From assembly GCA_963728915.1 (NCBI GenBank), contig CAVSLV010000001.1:1536001-1600000 (forward strand): 64,000 nt of DNA. Reading direction: 5' to 3'. This stretch comes from an uncultured Gemmatimonadales bacterium. Lineage in GTDB: Bacteria > Gemmatimonadota > Gemmatimonadetes > Gemmatimonadales > GWC2-71-9. Below the pieces are notes generated by a model that was given only the letters and a program-made list of their open reading frames with translations, searched no databases and had not been told where the DNA came from. Shown here one piece after another: positions 19,725 to 28,192 of the stretch; positions within the stretch are counted from its first letter, which is position 1, and the number at the start of each line of letters is the position of its first letter. The position numbers were made by a program, and so were the translations under genes.

Positions 19725-20480
19725 ATGATCCACAGCTTTCGTTCCATTTCAGCGATTTCGGCCATCTTGATGCTCGGCGCCGTCTTCGCAGTTCCCGCGC
19801 GGGCCCAGAAGAAGGAAGCTCCCAACAACAGCCTCCGGCTGCTCGTGGTCGATGACGAGACCGGCGACCCCATCGTCGGGGCCTTCATCCGGATCAAGGG
19901 TCACCCCGACCGGACCACCGACCAATCGGGGAGGTTGACTCTCGATTCCCTTCCCCTGGGTCGCACCATGGCGGACGTCGGGGCCATCGGCTACGAGCTC
20001 CGCCGGGAGCCCCTGTTCGTCCAGAGCGGTGCCGAAGACCAGCACACGGTCGGTTTGAGCTTCACCGGCGACAAGCTCCCCGATCTCGTCGTCCAGGCCC
20101 GTCAGGAGAAGCTCTATCCCCGGTATTCCGATTTCCACCGCCGCCAGAAGACCGGCGCCGGCTTCTACATCACCTGGAAAGAAATTCACGACAAAGGCTA
20201 CAGCCGGGTCGGCGACGTCCTGCGCGGCGTGCGCGGGGTCCAGGTCACCTGCCGCCCCAACGAGTGCCTGATCATGATGAACCGCTCGAACGGTTGCCCG
20301 CCCGCGGTCTGGGTGGACGGCCGACCCAGCGATTTCTACGGTGCGAACACCGCAGTCGGCGACGTCTACGGGATGGAAGTCTACCGGGGGCCCAGTGAGC
20401 TCCCCGCCGAGTTCCTGACCAACGGGATGTGCGGGGCGATCGTGATCTGGACCAAGAATCGGCAATACCGCGGCGGTTGA
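19725..20480 (+). CDS. Secreted protein with carboxypeptidase-regulatory-like domain and TonB plug-like domain, no barrel
   Basis: Signal peptide; DETGDPIVGA...IGY; C-terminal VWVDG...MEVYRGPSELPAEF...CGAIVIWTK resembles a plug domain end. Confidence 0.7.
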   Translation: MIHSFRSISAISAILMLGAVFAVPARAQKKEAPNNSLRLLVVDDETGDPIVGAFIRIKGHPDRTTDQSGRLTLDSLPLGRTMADVGAIGYELRREPLFVQSGAEDQHTVGLSFTGDKLPDLVVQARQEKLYPRYSDFHRRQKTGAGFYITWKEIHDKGYSRVGDVLRGVRGVQVTCRPNECLIMMNRSNGCPPAVWVDGRPSDFYGANTAVGDVYGMEVYRGPSELPAEFLTNGMCGAIVIWTKNRQYRGG

Positions 20481-20499
20481 TCAGAAAGGCACGGGGGAC

Positions 20500-21009
20500 A
20501 TGGGACGAATCGGGTGGATTCTGGCCTTGACGCTGGGAGTCGCAACCAGCGCCTCGGCGCAACGCATGATGCGGCAAGGGGTCCTGCACGATAGCTCGGG
20601 CAAGGAGGTCGGCCGGGTCCAGATGACCGAGCACAACGGCACGGTGCTGGTCGAGGTTCACGTCGAGGGGCTCCCCGCCGGCATGCACGGCATGCATCTC
20701 CATCAGACGGCCAAGTGCGAGCCTCCCGCTTTTCAGTCCGCCGGGGGCCACTATAACCCGCACAACCGCCAGCACGGGCGGAAGAACCCCAATGGACCGC
20801 ACCTCGGTGACCTCGGCAATATCAAGGTCGAGTCGAATGGACGAGGAACCCGCACCGTAACCATCAGTGACTCGGAGACCCGCAAGGGACTGATGGCCGT
20901 CCTGGGAGAGGGACGGGCCCTGGTCATCCACGCGAATGAAGACGATGAGATGACGGATCCCTCGGGCAACTCGGGAGCCCGGATCGCCTGTGCGGTAGTG
21001 GAGCCGTAG
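20500..21009 (+). CDS. sodC: Periplasmic Cu/Zn superoxide dismutase family protein
   Basis: HGMHLH, SAGGHYNP, HLGDLGN, ALVIHA..DD, GNSGARIAC. Confidence 0.93.
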   Translation: MGRIGWILALTLGVATSASAQRMMRQGVLHDSSGKEVGRVQMTEHNGTVLVEVHVEGLPAGMHGMHLHQTAKCEPPAFQSAGGHYNPHNRQHGRKNPNGPHLGDLGNIKVESNGRGTRTVTISDSETRKGLMAVLGEGRALVIHANEDDEMTDPSGNSGARIACAVVEP

Positions 21010-21012
21010 CTC

Positions 21013-21055
21013 TGAGGGGTGAGGGATTCCCTCGCCCCTCCTCACACCTCACACC
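21013..21055. repeat. Inverted heptamer array (TGAGGGG / CCTCACA)
   Basis: TGAGGGG TGAGGGA ... CCTCACA CCTCACA between convergent sodC and POT stops; shares 19 identical nt with 60925-60943. Confidence 0.7.
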
Positions 21056-22578
21056 TACCCACTACGAGCCAGCATTCTCTTGATCGGCCGGATCAGGAGC
21101 GCAAAGACCAGGCAGAAGAAGAGCGCCACCAGCGTCACCGTCCCGAAAATCGTCGGGAGGCTCAGCTTTTCGTAGAAGCCTGCCACCGTGCCGGCCATCT
21201 TGTTCCCCACCGAAGCGGCCAGGAACCACACCCCCATCATGAGGCCGCCCACCCGGGCAGGGGCGAGCTTGGTCATCGCCGACAGGCCCACCGGGCTCAA
21301 GCACAGCTCACCGATGGTGTGCAGCAGATAAGTCAGCAGGAGCCAGCCCGGACTCACCAGCACCCCGGACTGGGCCTTCATGGAAGCGATCACCATCACC
21401 GCAAACCCCGCGGCGACGAAGAAGAGACCGAGAGAGAATTTCGCGGGACTTGATGGATCGCGTTTCCCGGCCTTGACCCAGACCCACGCGGCGACCGGCG
21501 CCAGCAGAACGATGAAGACCGCGTTCACCGACTGGAACCAGCTCGCCGGATAGGAGAACCCGAGAAAAGAGTTGTTGGTCTGCCGCTGGGCAAAGAGGTT
21601 GAGCGACGAGCCGGCCTGCTCGAACGCCGACCAGAACACCGAAGCCCCGAGGAACAGCACCACGATGACCACCAGGCGCCGTCGCTCATCCGGGGTCCAG
21701 TGGCCCGCGGCGAAGAGCCAGATGAAGAATGCCACCGTGACGCCGACCAGCACGTAGTCGAGCGCCCGGCTGAATCCATCGGCAGTGAAGGTGTAGACGC
21801 CCGCCCTGGCCAGGATGACGAGCAGCCCAATCACCGCGACGATCGCGAAGGTCCCGATCCAGAGTTTGCGTTTCGCCTCGGCCAGCGCGGCCGGCGAGGT
21901 GGAGCCGAGCACCGTCTTGCCCGCGTCGCCGAGCCGTCGCCCGGTCAGGACGTACTGAACCACTCCGAACGCCATGCCAAGAGCGCCGAAGGCGAAGCCG
22001 TAGTGCCAGCTCTGGCTGGGATCGAGTCCGGCGTTCCGGAGGATGTTCTGAAATCCCTCGCCCTGGGCCAGCCACCCGACGATCAGCGGGGCCAGGAAAG
22101 CGCCGAGATTGATCCCCATGTAATAGATCGAAAAGCCGGCATCCCGGCGAACATCACCCTCGCCATAGAGGTGCCCGACCAGGGCGGAAATGTTCGGCTT
22201 GAGCAGTCCGGTGCCGAACGCGATGAGAACCAATCCCGGGAAGAAGAAGGCGGTGGTGTGGGGAACCGCGAGACTGGCCTGGCCCAGCATGATGAGGATG
22301 CCGCCCCAGAAGACCGAGGTGCGAAGACCCATCACGCGGTCCGCGATCCAGCCTCCGGGCAGGGTCATGAGATACACGGCAGCGGTGTAGGTCCCGTAGA
22401 TCGGTCCGGCGCGCTCCACGCCCCAGCCCAATCCTCCGATCGCGGCGGGCGCGGTCATGAAAAGGATCAGGATGGCCCGGCTTCCGTAATAGCTGAACCG
22501 CTCCCACATCTCCGTGAAAAACAGGGTCGAGAGACCGGAAGGGTGCCCGAAGAAGGCGGTATCTGGATTGCGGCTCAC
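21055..22578 (-). CDS. POT/PTR family proton-dependent oligopeptide transporter
   Basis: FFGHP, EMWERFSYYG, GTGLLKPN, FSIYYMGINLG, GELCLSPVGLS. Confidence 0.95.
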   Translation of the reverse strand: MSRNPDTAFFGHPSGLSTLFFTEMWERFSYYGSRAILILFMTAPAAIGGLGWGVERAGPIYGTYTAAVYLMTLPGGWIADRVMGLRTSVFWGGILIMLGQASLAVPHTTAFFFPGLVLIAFGTGLLKPNISALVGHLYGEGDVRRDAGFSIYYMGINLGAFLAPLIVGWLAQGEGFQNILRNAGLDPSQSWHYGFAFGALGMAFGVVQYVLTGRRLGDAGKTVLGSTSPAALAEAKRKLWIGTFAIVAVIGLLVILARAGVYTFTADGFSRALDYVLVGVTVAFFIWLFAAGHWTPDERRRLVVIVVLFLGASVFWSAFEQAGSSLNLFAQRQTNNSFLGFSYPASWFQSVNAVFIVLLAPVAAWVWVKAGKRDPSSPAKFSLGLFFVAAGFAVMVIASMKAQSGVLVSPGWLLLTYLLHTIGELCLSPVGLSAMTKLAPARVGGLMMGVWFLAASVGNKMAGTVAGFYEKLSLPTIFGTVTLVALFFCLVFALLIRPIKRMLARSG

Positions 22579-22624
22579 GCGATGGTCCTCGCGGTAAAGG
22601 GGGTTGGGGTTGGGGCCCCTGGCC

Positions 22625-23140
22625 TCACTTCTGTTTCCCCATCTTGCGTTTCAGCATCTCCAGCTGCGCCTTGACCGCCTGCTCGATCGCCTGCCGGTCC
22701 GACCGGGTTTCCAGGTTGCGAAGTTCCTGCTCGTCCAGATCCGGTTCAGGGGTGGGCACGGGACGGGGCGGCCCGCCGGGCGACCGATACGCGGAAGCCA
22801 CACTCTGGTATTCGCGCTCGATGAAGGCCAGTTCGTCCCGGATGACGTCGATCTTCCGGGTAAGCAGTGCGACCCGTTCTCGGTGCTTGGCGGCGAATTC
22901 TTCTGCGATCCTGGCAGTCTCCTGATCGCCGATCTCCGCAGCGAGCTTCCCTCGCCTTTCGGCGTCGGCGAGCTGCTGCCGCTGCGCGGCCAGCTCCCGT
23001 TCCGCGGCGGCCAGGGCATCGCGGCTCTGCGCACCCGCGACCTTGAGCTCGACGAGGGCTTCGTGGAGCCCCGCTTTGGAGTGCTGTCCCTGAAGGGACA
23101 GCAGGCGCTCGAGCCGCGCGCGGAGCTCATCGAGAACCAT
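22625..23140 (-). CDS. Short PspA/IM30-like coiled-coil protein
   Basis: Coiled coil with GDQETARIA and terminal QLEMLKRKMG, as in PspA. Confidence 0.6.
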   Translation of the reverse strand: MVLDELRARLERLLSLQGQHSKAGLHEALVELKVAGAQSRDALAAAERELAAQRQQLADAERRGKLAAEIGDQETARIAEEFAAKHRERVALLTRKIDVIRDELAFIEREYQSVASAYRSPGGPPRPVPTPEPDLDEQELRNLETRSDRQAIEQAVKAQLEMLKRKMGKQK

Positions 23141-23174
23141 CGGCCAATGTTACCGTGCCGGGGTATTTTTGGGA

Positions 23175-23672
23175 ATGAACCAGCGACGCCTCATGCTGAT
23201 GGGCCTGGGCACCGTGATGCTCCTGGCCAGTTGCTCGGGCAAAAGCAGCAATTACGGGTGCGGTGTCGCGGCGATGGCGGGGTTGAGCCTTGTGCTGGAG
23301 CAGTTCAATCGGCCGGGATCCACCCTGGGCGCCGCGCCAGAACACCTGCCCGAATCCCTTCCAGTGCGAGTTGCCCTGGGCCCGGCGCTGCGGTCAGTGG
23401 CCGGCCGGGGGGACTCGGGGGTGGTGATCGGGGTGGAAGGCGCGATCCCGCCAAGCCACCAGATCGGGTTCGGTGTGCTGGTGCTCGATCCGGAGGCACA
23501 TCCGAGAGGAGTGATCCTCTTCGAGGGAGCCCCGGTCCAGGGCGCACCCAACCTCGGCCTTGTCAACCTGGGCGATCGGAACGTTCCTCTGATTGGCATT
23601 CAACTCGACTTGCAGCGCTTCCAGAATGACGCCTGCCCGATTTTCCCCGATTCGCTGACGCCGGGACAATAG
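23175..23672 (+). CDS. Hypothetical lipoprotein
   Basis: MNQRRLMLMGLGTVMLLASC lipobox. Confidence 0.7.
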   Translation: MNQRRLMLMGLGTVMLLASCSGKSSNYGCGVAAMAGLSLVLEQFNRPGSTLGAAPEHLPESLPVRVALGPALRSVAGRGDSGVVIGVEGAIPPSHQIGFGVLVLDPEAHPRGVILFEGAPVQGAPNLGLVNLGDRNVPLIGIQLDLQRFQNDACPIFPDSLTPGQ

Positions 23673-23749
23673 TGATTCGAACTCGTCACTGGCACCGGGT
23701 CATGAACCTCCCTATTATTCGCCGTTAACCGCTAAGCATTGCGTGGTCA

Positions 23750-24493
23750 ATGATTTACGTGTGCATTCCGAGCTTCAACGAAGCCGACACGATCGGCCTC
23801 GTGCTCTGGAAGATCAGGAAGGTCTTCGAAGAGTTTCCCCGGGAGTACCACATCCTCGTGGCCGACGACGGGTCGAGCGATCGCACCCCGGACCTGCTCG
23901 AGCCTTACACCCGGGTGCTTCCCCTGACGGTGATTCGCTCCGATACGCGGCGGGGCTACGCCCGTTCGATCGAGTCGCTGCTGGGCCGTGCCCTCGAGCT
24001 GTCCGATCGGCCCAAGCGCGACAGTGCCATCCTGATGCAGGCGGACTTCAGCCACGGGCCGCAGGCCCTCCCGGAGTTCGTCAAGCGTCTGGAGAGCGGA
24101 GCCGACCTGGTGGTGGGTGAGGCTGCCACCCTGACCGGGGCGCCCAGCACCGCCCGGCGGCTTGCCCGGCGCTGGGCCTCCCGGTTGCTCCGCCGGGGGG
24201 TCAAGGTCCCTGGAGTGGTCGACCTGGTCAGCGGCTTCGTCGCGATTCGCCTCATTGTGCTGCGTCACGTGCTGAAGGGCGCAGGGGCACGCCCGCTGGG
24301 AACCGAGGGATGGGCCGCCAATGCGGAGCTGGTGGCGCGCGCCGCGGGTTATGCGCGGCGGATCGAGGCACTCCCGATCGAGGAACGCTATGACCTCCGC
24401 TCCCGGGCCACCCGGGTCAGACCCTGGCCCGCCCTGCGGGAAGCCTGGCAGGCGGGGGGACGAATCAAAGCGACGGTGCGCGCCGTATCATGA
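23750..24493 (+). CDS. Glycosyltransferase family 2 (DPM1-like)
   Basis: VCIPSFNEA, VADDGSSDRT, RRGYA, LMQADFSH. Confidence 0.85.
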   Translation: MIYVCIPSFNEADTIGLVLWKIRKVFEEFPREYHILVADDGSSDRTPDLLEPYTRVLPLTVIRSDTRRGYARSIESLLGRALELSDRPKRDSAILMQADFSHGPQALPEFVKRLESGADLVVGEAATLTGAPSTARRLARRWASRLLRRGVKVPGVVDLVSGFVAIRLIVLRHVLKGAGARPLGTEGWAANAELVARAAGYARRIEALPIEERYDLRSRATRVRPWPALREAWQAGGRIKATVRAVS

Positions 24494-25221
24494 ACATGCT
24501 CACCCTGCTCTTCGCCACGATCCAGGCCGTCCTTTCCAATGCACCCACCGCGGTCCCGTTCGGCGTCGGCGAACGTTTCGAATATGGAGCCAAGTGGGGA
24601 ATGTTCAGCGTGGGCACGGCGAGCATCTCGGTCGCCGGGATCGACACGCTGCGGGGCGAGCCGGTCTATCACCTCCAGTACGCCATGGAAGCGAACGCCG
24701 CCGGACTGTACCGAATCAACAGCATGCTGGAGTCCTGGACCACCACCGACGGTCTCCATTCCCTCCGGTTTCGTCAGGACAACAAGGAGAACAGCAAACA
24801 GTTCACCCGGGTCTTCGACATCTTTCCGGATTCGTCCTTCTACCGCCAGGTCGAGCCGGATCCGCTCCAGCCGCAACCGGGTGTGGAAGAACCGCTCGAC
24901 GATGCCTCGGTGTTGTTCTTTCTTCGGACGGTCCGGCTCGACGTGGGCAGGACCTACAAGTTCGACCGGTATTTTCGGGCCGAGCGAAATCCAATTGTGG
25001 TGAAGGTCCTGAAGACCGAGAAGATGGAGCTTCCGGACGGCACCAAGGTCGATTGCTTCGTGCTCAACCCGGTGGTGGGCGAGCGGGGGCTCTTCGCTGA
25101 ACGCTCGGACGCCCGACTGTGGTTGACGGTCGATGCGCGGCGGATCCCGGTGCAGATCCGGTCTACCCAACCCTGGGGTACCGTCACCATGCGGCTGCAG
25201 CGAATGGTGCTGTCGGAGTAG
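24490..25221 (+). CDS. DUF3108 family secreted protein
   Basis: PFGVGERFEY...; terminal LWLTVDARRIPVQI; ATGA overlap with the GT2 gene. Confidence 0.8.
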   Translation: MNMLTLLFATIQAVLSNAPTAVPFGVGERFEYGAKWGMFSVGTASISVAGIDTLRGEPVYHLQYAMEANAAGLYRINSMLESWTTTDGLHSLRFRQDNKENSKQFTRVFDIFPDSSFYRQVEPDPLQPQPGVEEPLDDASVLFFLRTVRLDVGRTYKFDRYFRAERNPIVVKVLKTEKMELPDGTKVDCFVLNPVVGERGLFAERSDARLWLTVDARRIPVQIRSTQPWGTVTMRLQRMVLSE

Positions 25222-25229
25222 ACGCCCTT

Positions 25230-25685
25230 TTGCGAACCCCCCTGGCCGTGGTCGGGCTCGGTCTGGTGGTTTCCCTGTCGGATTGTGCCGCGCGTTCGGG
25301 GCCCCGCGCCCCCGCGGCGACCCCCTCCCAGATCGAAGAACCGGTCACCGCCCTGATGCAGGCGGCGCTCGACGCCGATGCGCGGGGCGAACGGGCCGAT
25401 TCGCTCTGGACTTCCGATGCCACGATCATCGCCGACGGCGAGCTCCGCGATGAGCCGCCTCGATTCGCGGGGGTCGGCACCGGCGGGGCCATCGCGATCA
25501 CCGAGAGCCGGCTCGACCTGCGGCAGGGCGTTGCCTGGGTCTACCTCGAGTACCGCTGGTCGGAGATGCAGGCGGGGACGATCAGAGAGGCGAGGGCAAC
25601 GGTGGTTCTGACATCGGGCGGGGACGACCGCTGGCGGATCGTCCACGCCCACAGCAGCTCGGTTCGGTCCGGAGCCGACCGCTAA
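25230..25685 (+). CDS. NTF2/SnoaL-like lipoprotein
   Basis: VAWV...RATVVL...WRIVHAHSS; possible lipobox; start uncertain (TTG 25230 or GTG 25248). Confidence 0.65.
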   Translation: MRTPLAVVGLGLVVSLSDCAARSGPRAPAATPSQIEEPVTALMQAALDADARGERADSLWTSDATIIADGELRDEPPRFAGVGTGGAIAITESRLDLRQGVAWVYLEYRWSEMQAGTIREARATVVLTSGGDDRWRIVHAHSSSVRSGADR

Positions 25686-25888
25686 GAGCCGCGGATGGTC
25701 TCCTTGACCTTGCTGGCCAGCCCCGGGGCAAGGATCCGAAGCACCAGGTAGATCACGAAACCCCAGAAGGCGAGCCAGAGGAGCATGAAGAAGAGGCTGA
25801 TCGCCACACCGAAAATCCAGCCGAGCAGCTTGAGCGCGAGCACCGCCACCAGCGCGAAGCCGGCGAAGCCTGCAAGGGTGCGAACCAT
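25682..25888 (-). CDS. Small membrane protein
   Basis: 68 aa, hydrophobic; AGGAAGGA RBS before ATG 25888. Confidence 0.7.
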   Translation of the reverse strand: MVRTLAGFAGFALVAVLALKLLGWIFGVAISLFFMLLWLAFWGFVIYLVLRILAPGLASKVKETIRGS

Positions 25889-25981
25889 ACTATCCTTCCT
25901 GTAAGAGTTCATCGTCCCGGGTACCGCAAACACTAATTCATCCTACGCAGGGTCGCTCCGCCAGGTTTCCATGAGGATTGC

Positions 25982-27085
25982 GTGACGGGATCTCCCGACG
26001 TGGTGGTGGTGGGAGGGGGTGTGGTGGGAGCCGCCTGTGCCTGGCACCTGGCGCGGGCAGGCCGAGACGTCCGGGTGATCGAGCGGGGCGAGCGGGGTGG
26101 CGAAGCGTGGCGAGCTTCGGCCGGCATGCTGACACCTCAGGTGGAAGTCCCCGCCGACGATCTCCTGTTCGATCTGGGAATCGCGGGGCGCGAATTCTAC
26201 CGCGGAAACGCCGCCGGGCTCCGGGAACGCACCGGCATCGACATCGGTTTCTCCGAAAGCGGGATCATCGAAGTCGCCGCGACGGAGTCCGAGGTCGAGG
26301 AGCTCAAGGGACGAGTCGCCTGGCAGCGTCAGCACGGCCATCAGGCAGAATGGCTCGATCCCGAGGAGATCAGCCGGGAGTGGCCCTGGATCGGCAAGAC
26401 GCTGGGTGGGCACCTGGCCCCGCACGACGGCTCGGTCAATCCCGTACTGCTGGTGGAAGCCCTGCGCCGTGACGCGATCCAGGCGGGAGCGAAGATCGTC
26501 AACGACACGGCCGTTTCTCTTACCCGATCCAATGGCAAAGTCACCGGCGTGCAGGGCCGGGAATGGCATCCTGCGGACCACGTCATCCTCGCCGCCGGGG
26601 CCTGGACCGGCCGGATCGGCAACCTGCCCCGCCCCATTTCGGTGGAGCCGGTCCGGGGCCAGCTGGTTGCGTTTCCCTGGCCCATCGGAGCCAGGCCCGG
26701 CATCGTGTTCGGGTTCGGGGGGTACGTCCTGCACCGCGATGGGGAGGGGATTGCGGGATCGACCATCGAGCATGCCGGCTTCTCCAGCGAGGTCACCGAA
26801 TCCGGGATTGCCACGGTTCGCAAACGAGCCGAGGCGCTGGTCCCCGCTTTTCATGCCGTTCGAGAGACCCGGGCCTGGGCCGGGCTACGCCCCGGCACCC
26901 CGGATGGCTTGCCGATCGTAGGCCGGGAACCCGAGCTCGAGGGACTCTGGTACGCCACCGGACATGGTCGAAAGGGAGTGCTCCTGGCTGGGGTAACCGG
27001 AAGGATCGTTTGCGATCTCCTCACCGGGGAGCCGACCGTCGAGGAGGCTATCCTGCTCCGGCCGGAGCGGTTCTGGAGCTGGTAG
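25982..27085 (+). CDS. thiO: FAD-dependent glycine oxidase (ThiO/DadA family)
   Basis: VVVGGGVVG, ASAGML, PVRGQ, WAGLRPGTPDGLP, ATGHGRKGVLLA. Confidence 0.8.
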   Translation: MTGSPDVVVVGGGVVGAACAWHLARAGRDVRVIERGERGGEAWRASAGMLTPQVEVPADDLLFDLGIAGREFYRGNAAGLRERTGIDIGFSESGIIEVAATESEVEELKGRVAWQRQHGHQAEWLDPEEISREWPWIGKTLGGHLAPHDGSVNPVLLVEALRRDAIQAGAKIVNDTAVSLTRSNGKVTGVQGREWHPADHVILAAGAWTGRIGNLPRPISVEPVRGQLVAFPWPIGARPGIVFGFGGYVLHRDGEGIAGSTIEHAGFSSEVTESGIATVRKRAEALVPAFHAVRETRAWAGLRPGTPDGLPIVGREPELEGLWYATGHGRKGVLLAGVTGRIVCDLLTGEPTVEEAILLRPERFWSW

Positions 27086-27092
27086 TCCGCGC

Positions 27093-27461
27093 CTAGCCCT
27101 TCTTCTTCACCTTCCTCACCCGCGCCGGCGCTTCGACCGGGAGCCACTCCTCCGCCCAGGCGGCGACCGAGCGCAGCGTCCGTTCCAGAGCCCTGCCCTT
27201 CTCGGTCAGCTCGTACTCGACGCGCACCGGTGATTCGGGGAGCACTCTCCTCACCACGACGCCCTCCTGCTCAAGCTCCTTGAGTCTTTCCGACAACATC
27301 CGGTCGTTGATATCCGGGATCGCATCCCGCAACACGGCAAACCGGGAAGGACCGTTGAGCAGCTCCCGAAGGATCGTTCCCGACCATCGTCCCCCGATGA
27401 GCTCGATGGCGCGATGGAAGCGGGAGCAGAAAGTGACCGGACGATGGGCGCGCAACGACAT
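27093..27461 (-). CDS. HxlR-family winged-helix regulator
   Basis: FC...AIELIGGRW, RMLSERLKELE, PVRVEYELTEKG. Confidence 0.92.
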   Translation of the reverse strand: MSLRAHRPVTFCSRFHRAIELIGGRWSGTILRELLNGPSRFAVLRDAIPDINDRMLSERLKELEQEGVVVRRVLPESPVRVEYELTEKGRALERTLRSVAAWAEEWLPVEAPARVRKVKKKG

Positions 27462-27488
27462 GCCTGAAGATACCAGAACGTTACCTAC

Positions 27489-27536
27489 TTGACAATAGTT
27501 ACTTACTGTTGTATAGTTACTAGTATTCAGTAACTA
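27489..27536 (+). promoter_or_regulatory. Sigma-70 promoter of yceI with overlapping palindromic operator
   Basis: TTGACA(27489)-17 nt-TATAGT(27512); inverted repeat TAGTTAC-N9-GTAACTA at 27514-27536. Confidence 0.8.
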
Positions 27537-27567
27537 GATGACATGATTATTGGAAAGGGTGTCCCCA

Positions 27568-28119
27568 ATGAGCGCAGCTACCCAATGGACCATCGACCCA
27601 GCCCATACCCATCTCGAGTTTGCGGTCCGCCATCTCATGATCGCCACCGTGAAGGGCAAGTTCACCTCCCTGCAGGGCACCCTTACGCTGCCCCCGGAGG
27701 ATCCCGCCGAGGGAAGCGTTGAGGTCACCATCGAGGCGGAGAGCATCACTACCGGCATCGAGCAGCGTGATCAACACCTTCGTTCGGCAGACTTCCTCGA
27801 TGTCGGGCGGTTTCCCACTCTGCGGTTTCGCAGCACCCGGGTGGACCAGCTGGCCAAGGATCAGTTCCGAGTGGTTGGCGACCTGACCATCAGGGACGTG
27901 ACCCGGCCGGTCGAGCTTCTGGTCCATCGTGAGGGAGAAATCCAGGACCCGTGGGGCGGCTATCGGGCGGGCTTCACCGCGAGCGGCAAGCTTCGTCGAA
28001 GTGAGTTCGGAATCACCTGGAATCAGGTCATCGAGGCTGGCGGGGTCGCGGTAGGAGACGAAGTCAGGATTTCGATCGAGGCCGAGCTGGTGCGCCAGGC
28101 CCTTCCCGCGGCGGCCTAA
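27568..28119 (+). CDS. YceI family protein
   Basis: WTIDPAHT, VRHLMIATVKGKF, RDQHLRSADF, GDLTIRDVT, DPWG. Confidence 0.93.
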   Translation: MSAATQWTIDPAHTHLEFAVRHLMIATVKGKFTSLQGTLTLPPEDPAEGSVEVTIEAESITTGIEQRDQHLRSADFLDVGRFPTLRFRSTRVDQLAKDQFRVVGDLTIRDVTRPVELLVHREGEIQDPWGGYRAGFTASGKLRRSEFGITWNQVIEAGGVAVGDEVRISIEAELVRQALPAAA

Positions 28120-28192
28120 CGTCGCCGGACACAATGCTTTGCCGCGTTGCGCCAGGGGATTATTCTTGGGGGCTTCACCACGAGGATTTCCC

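Noticed and set aside
22599..22615. G-run GGGGGTTGGGGTTGGGG as a G-quadruplex or repeat element
   Set aside because: Only three G tracts and a single occurrence; insufficient support.
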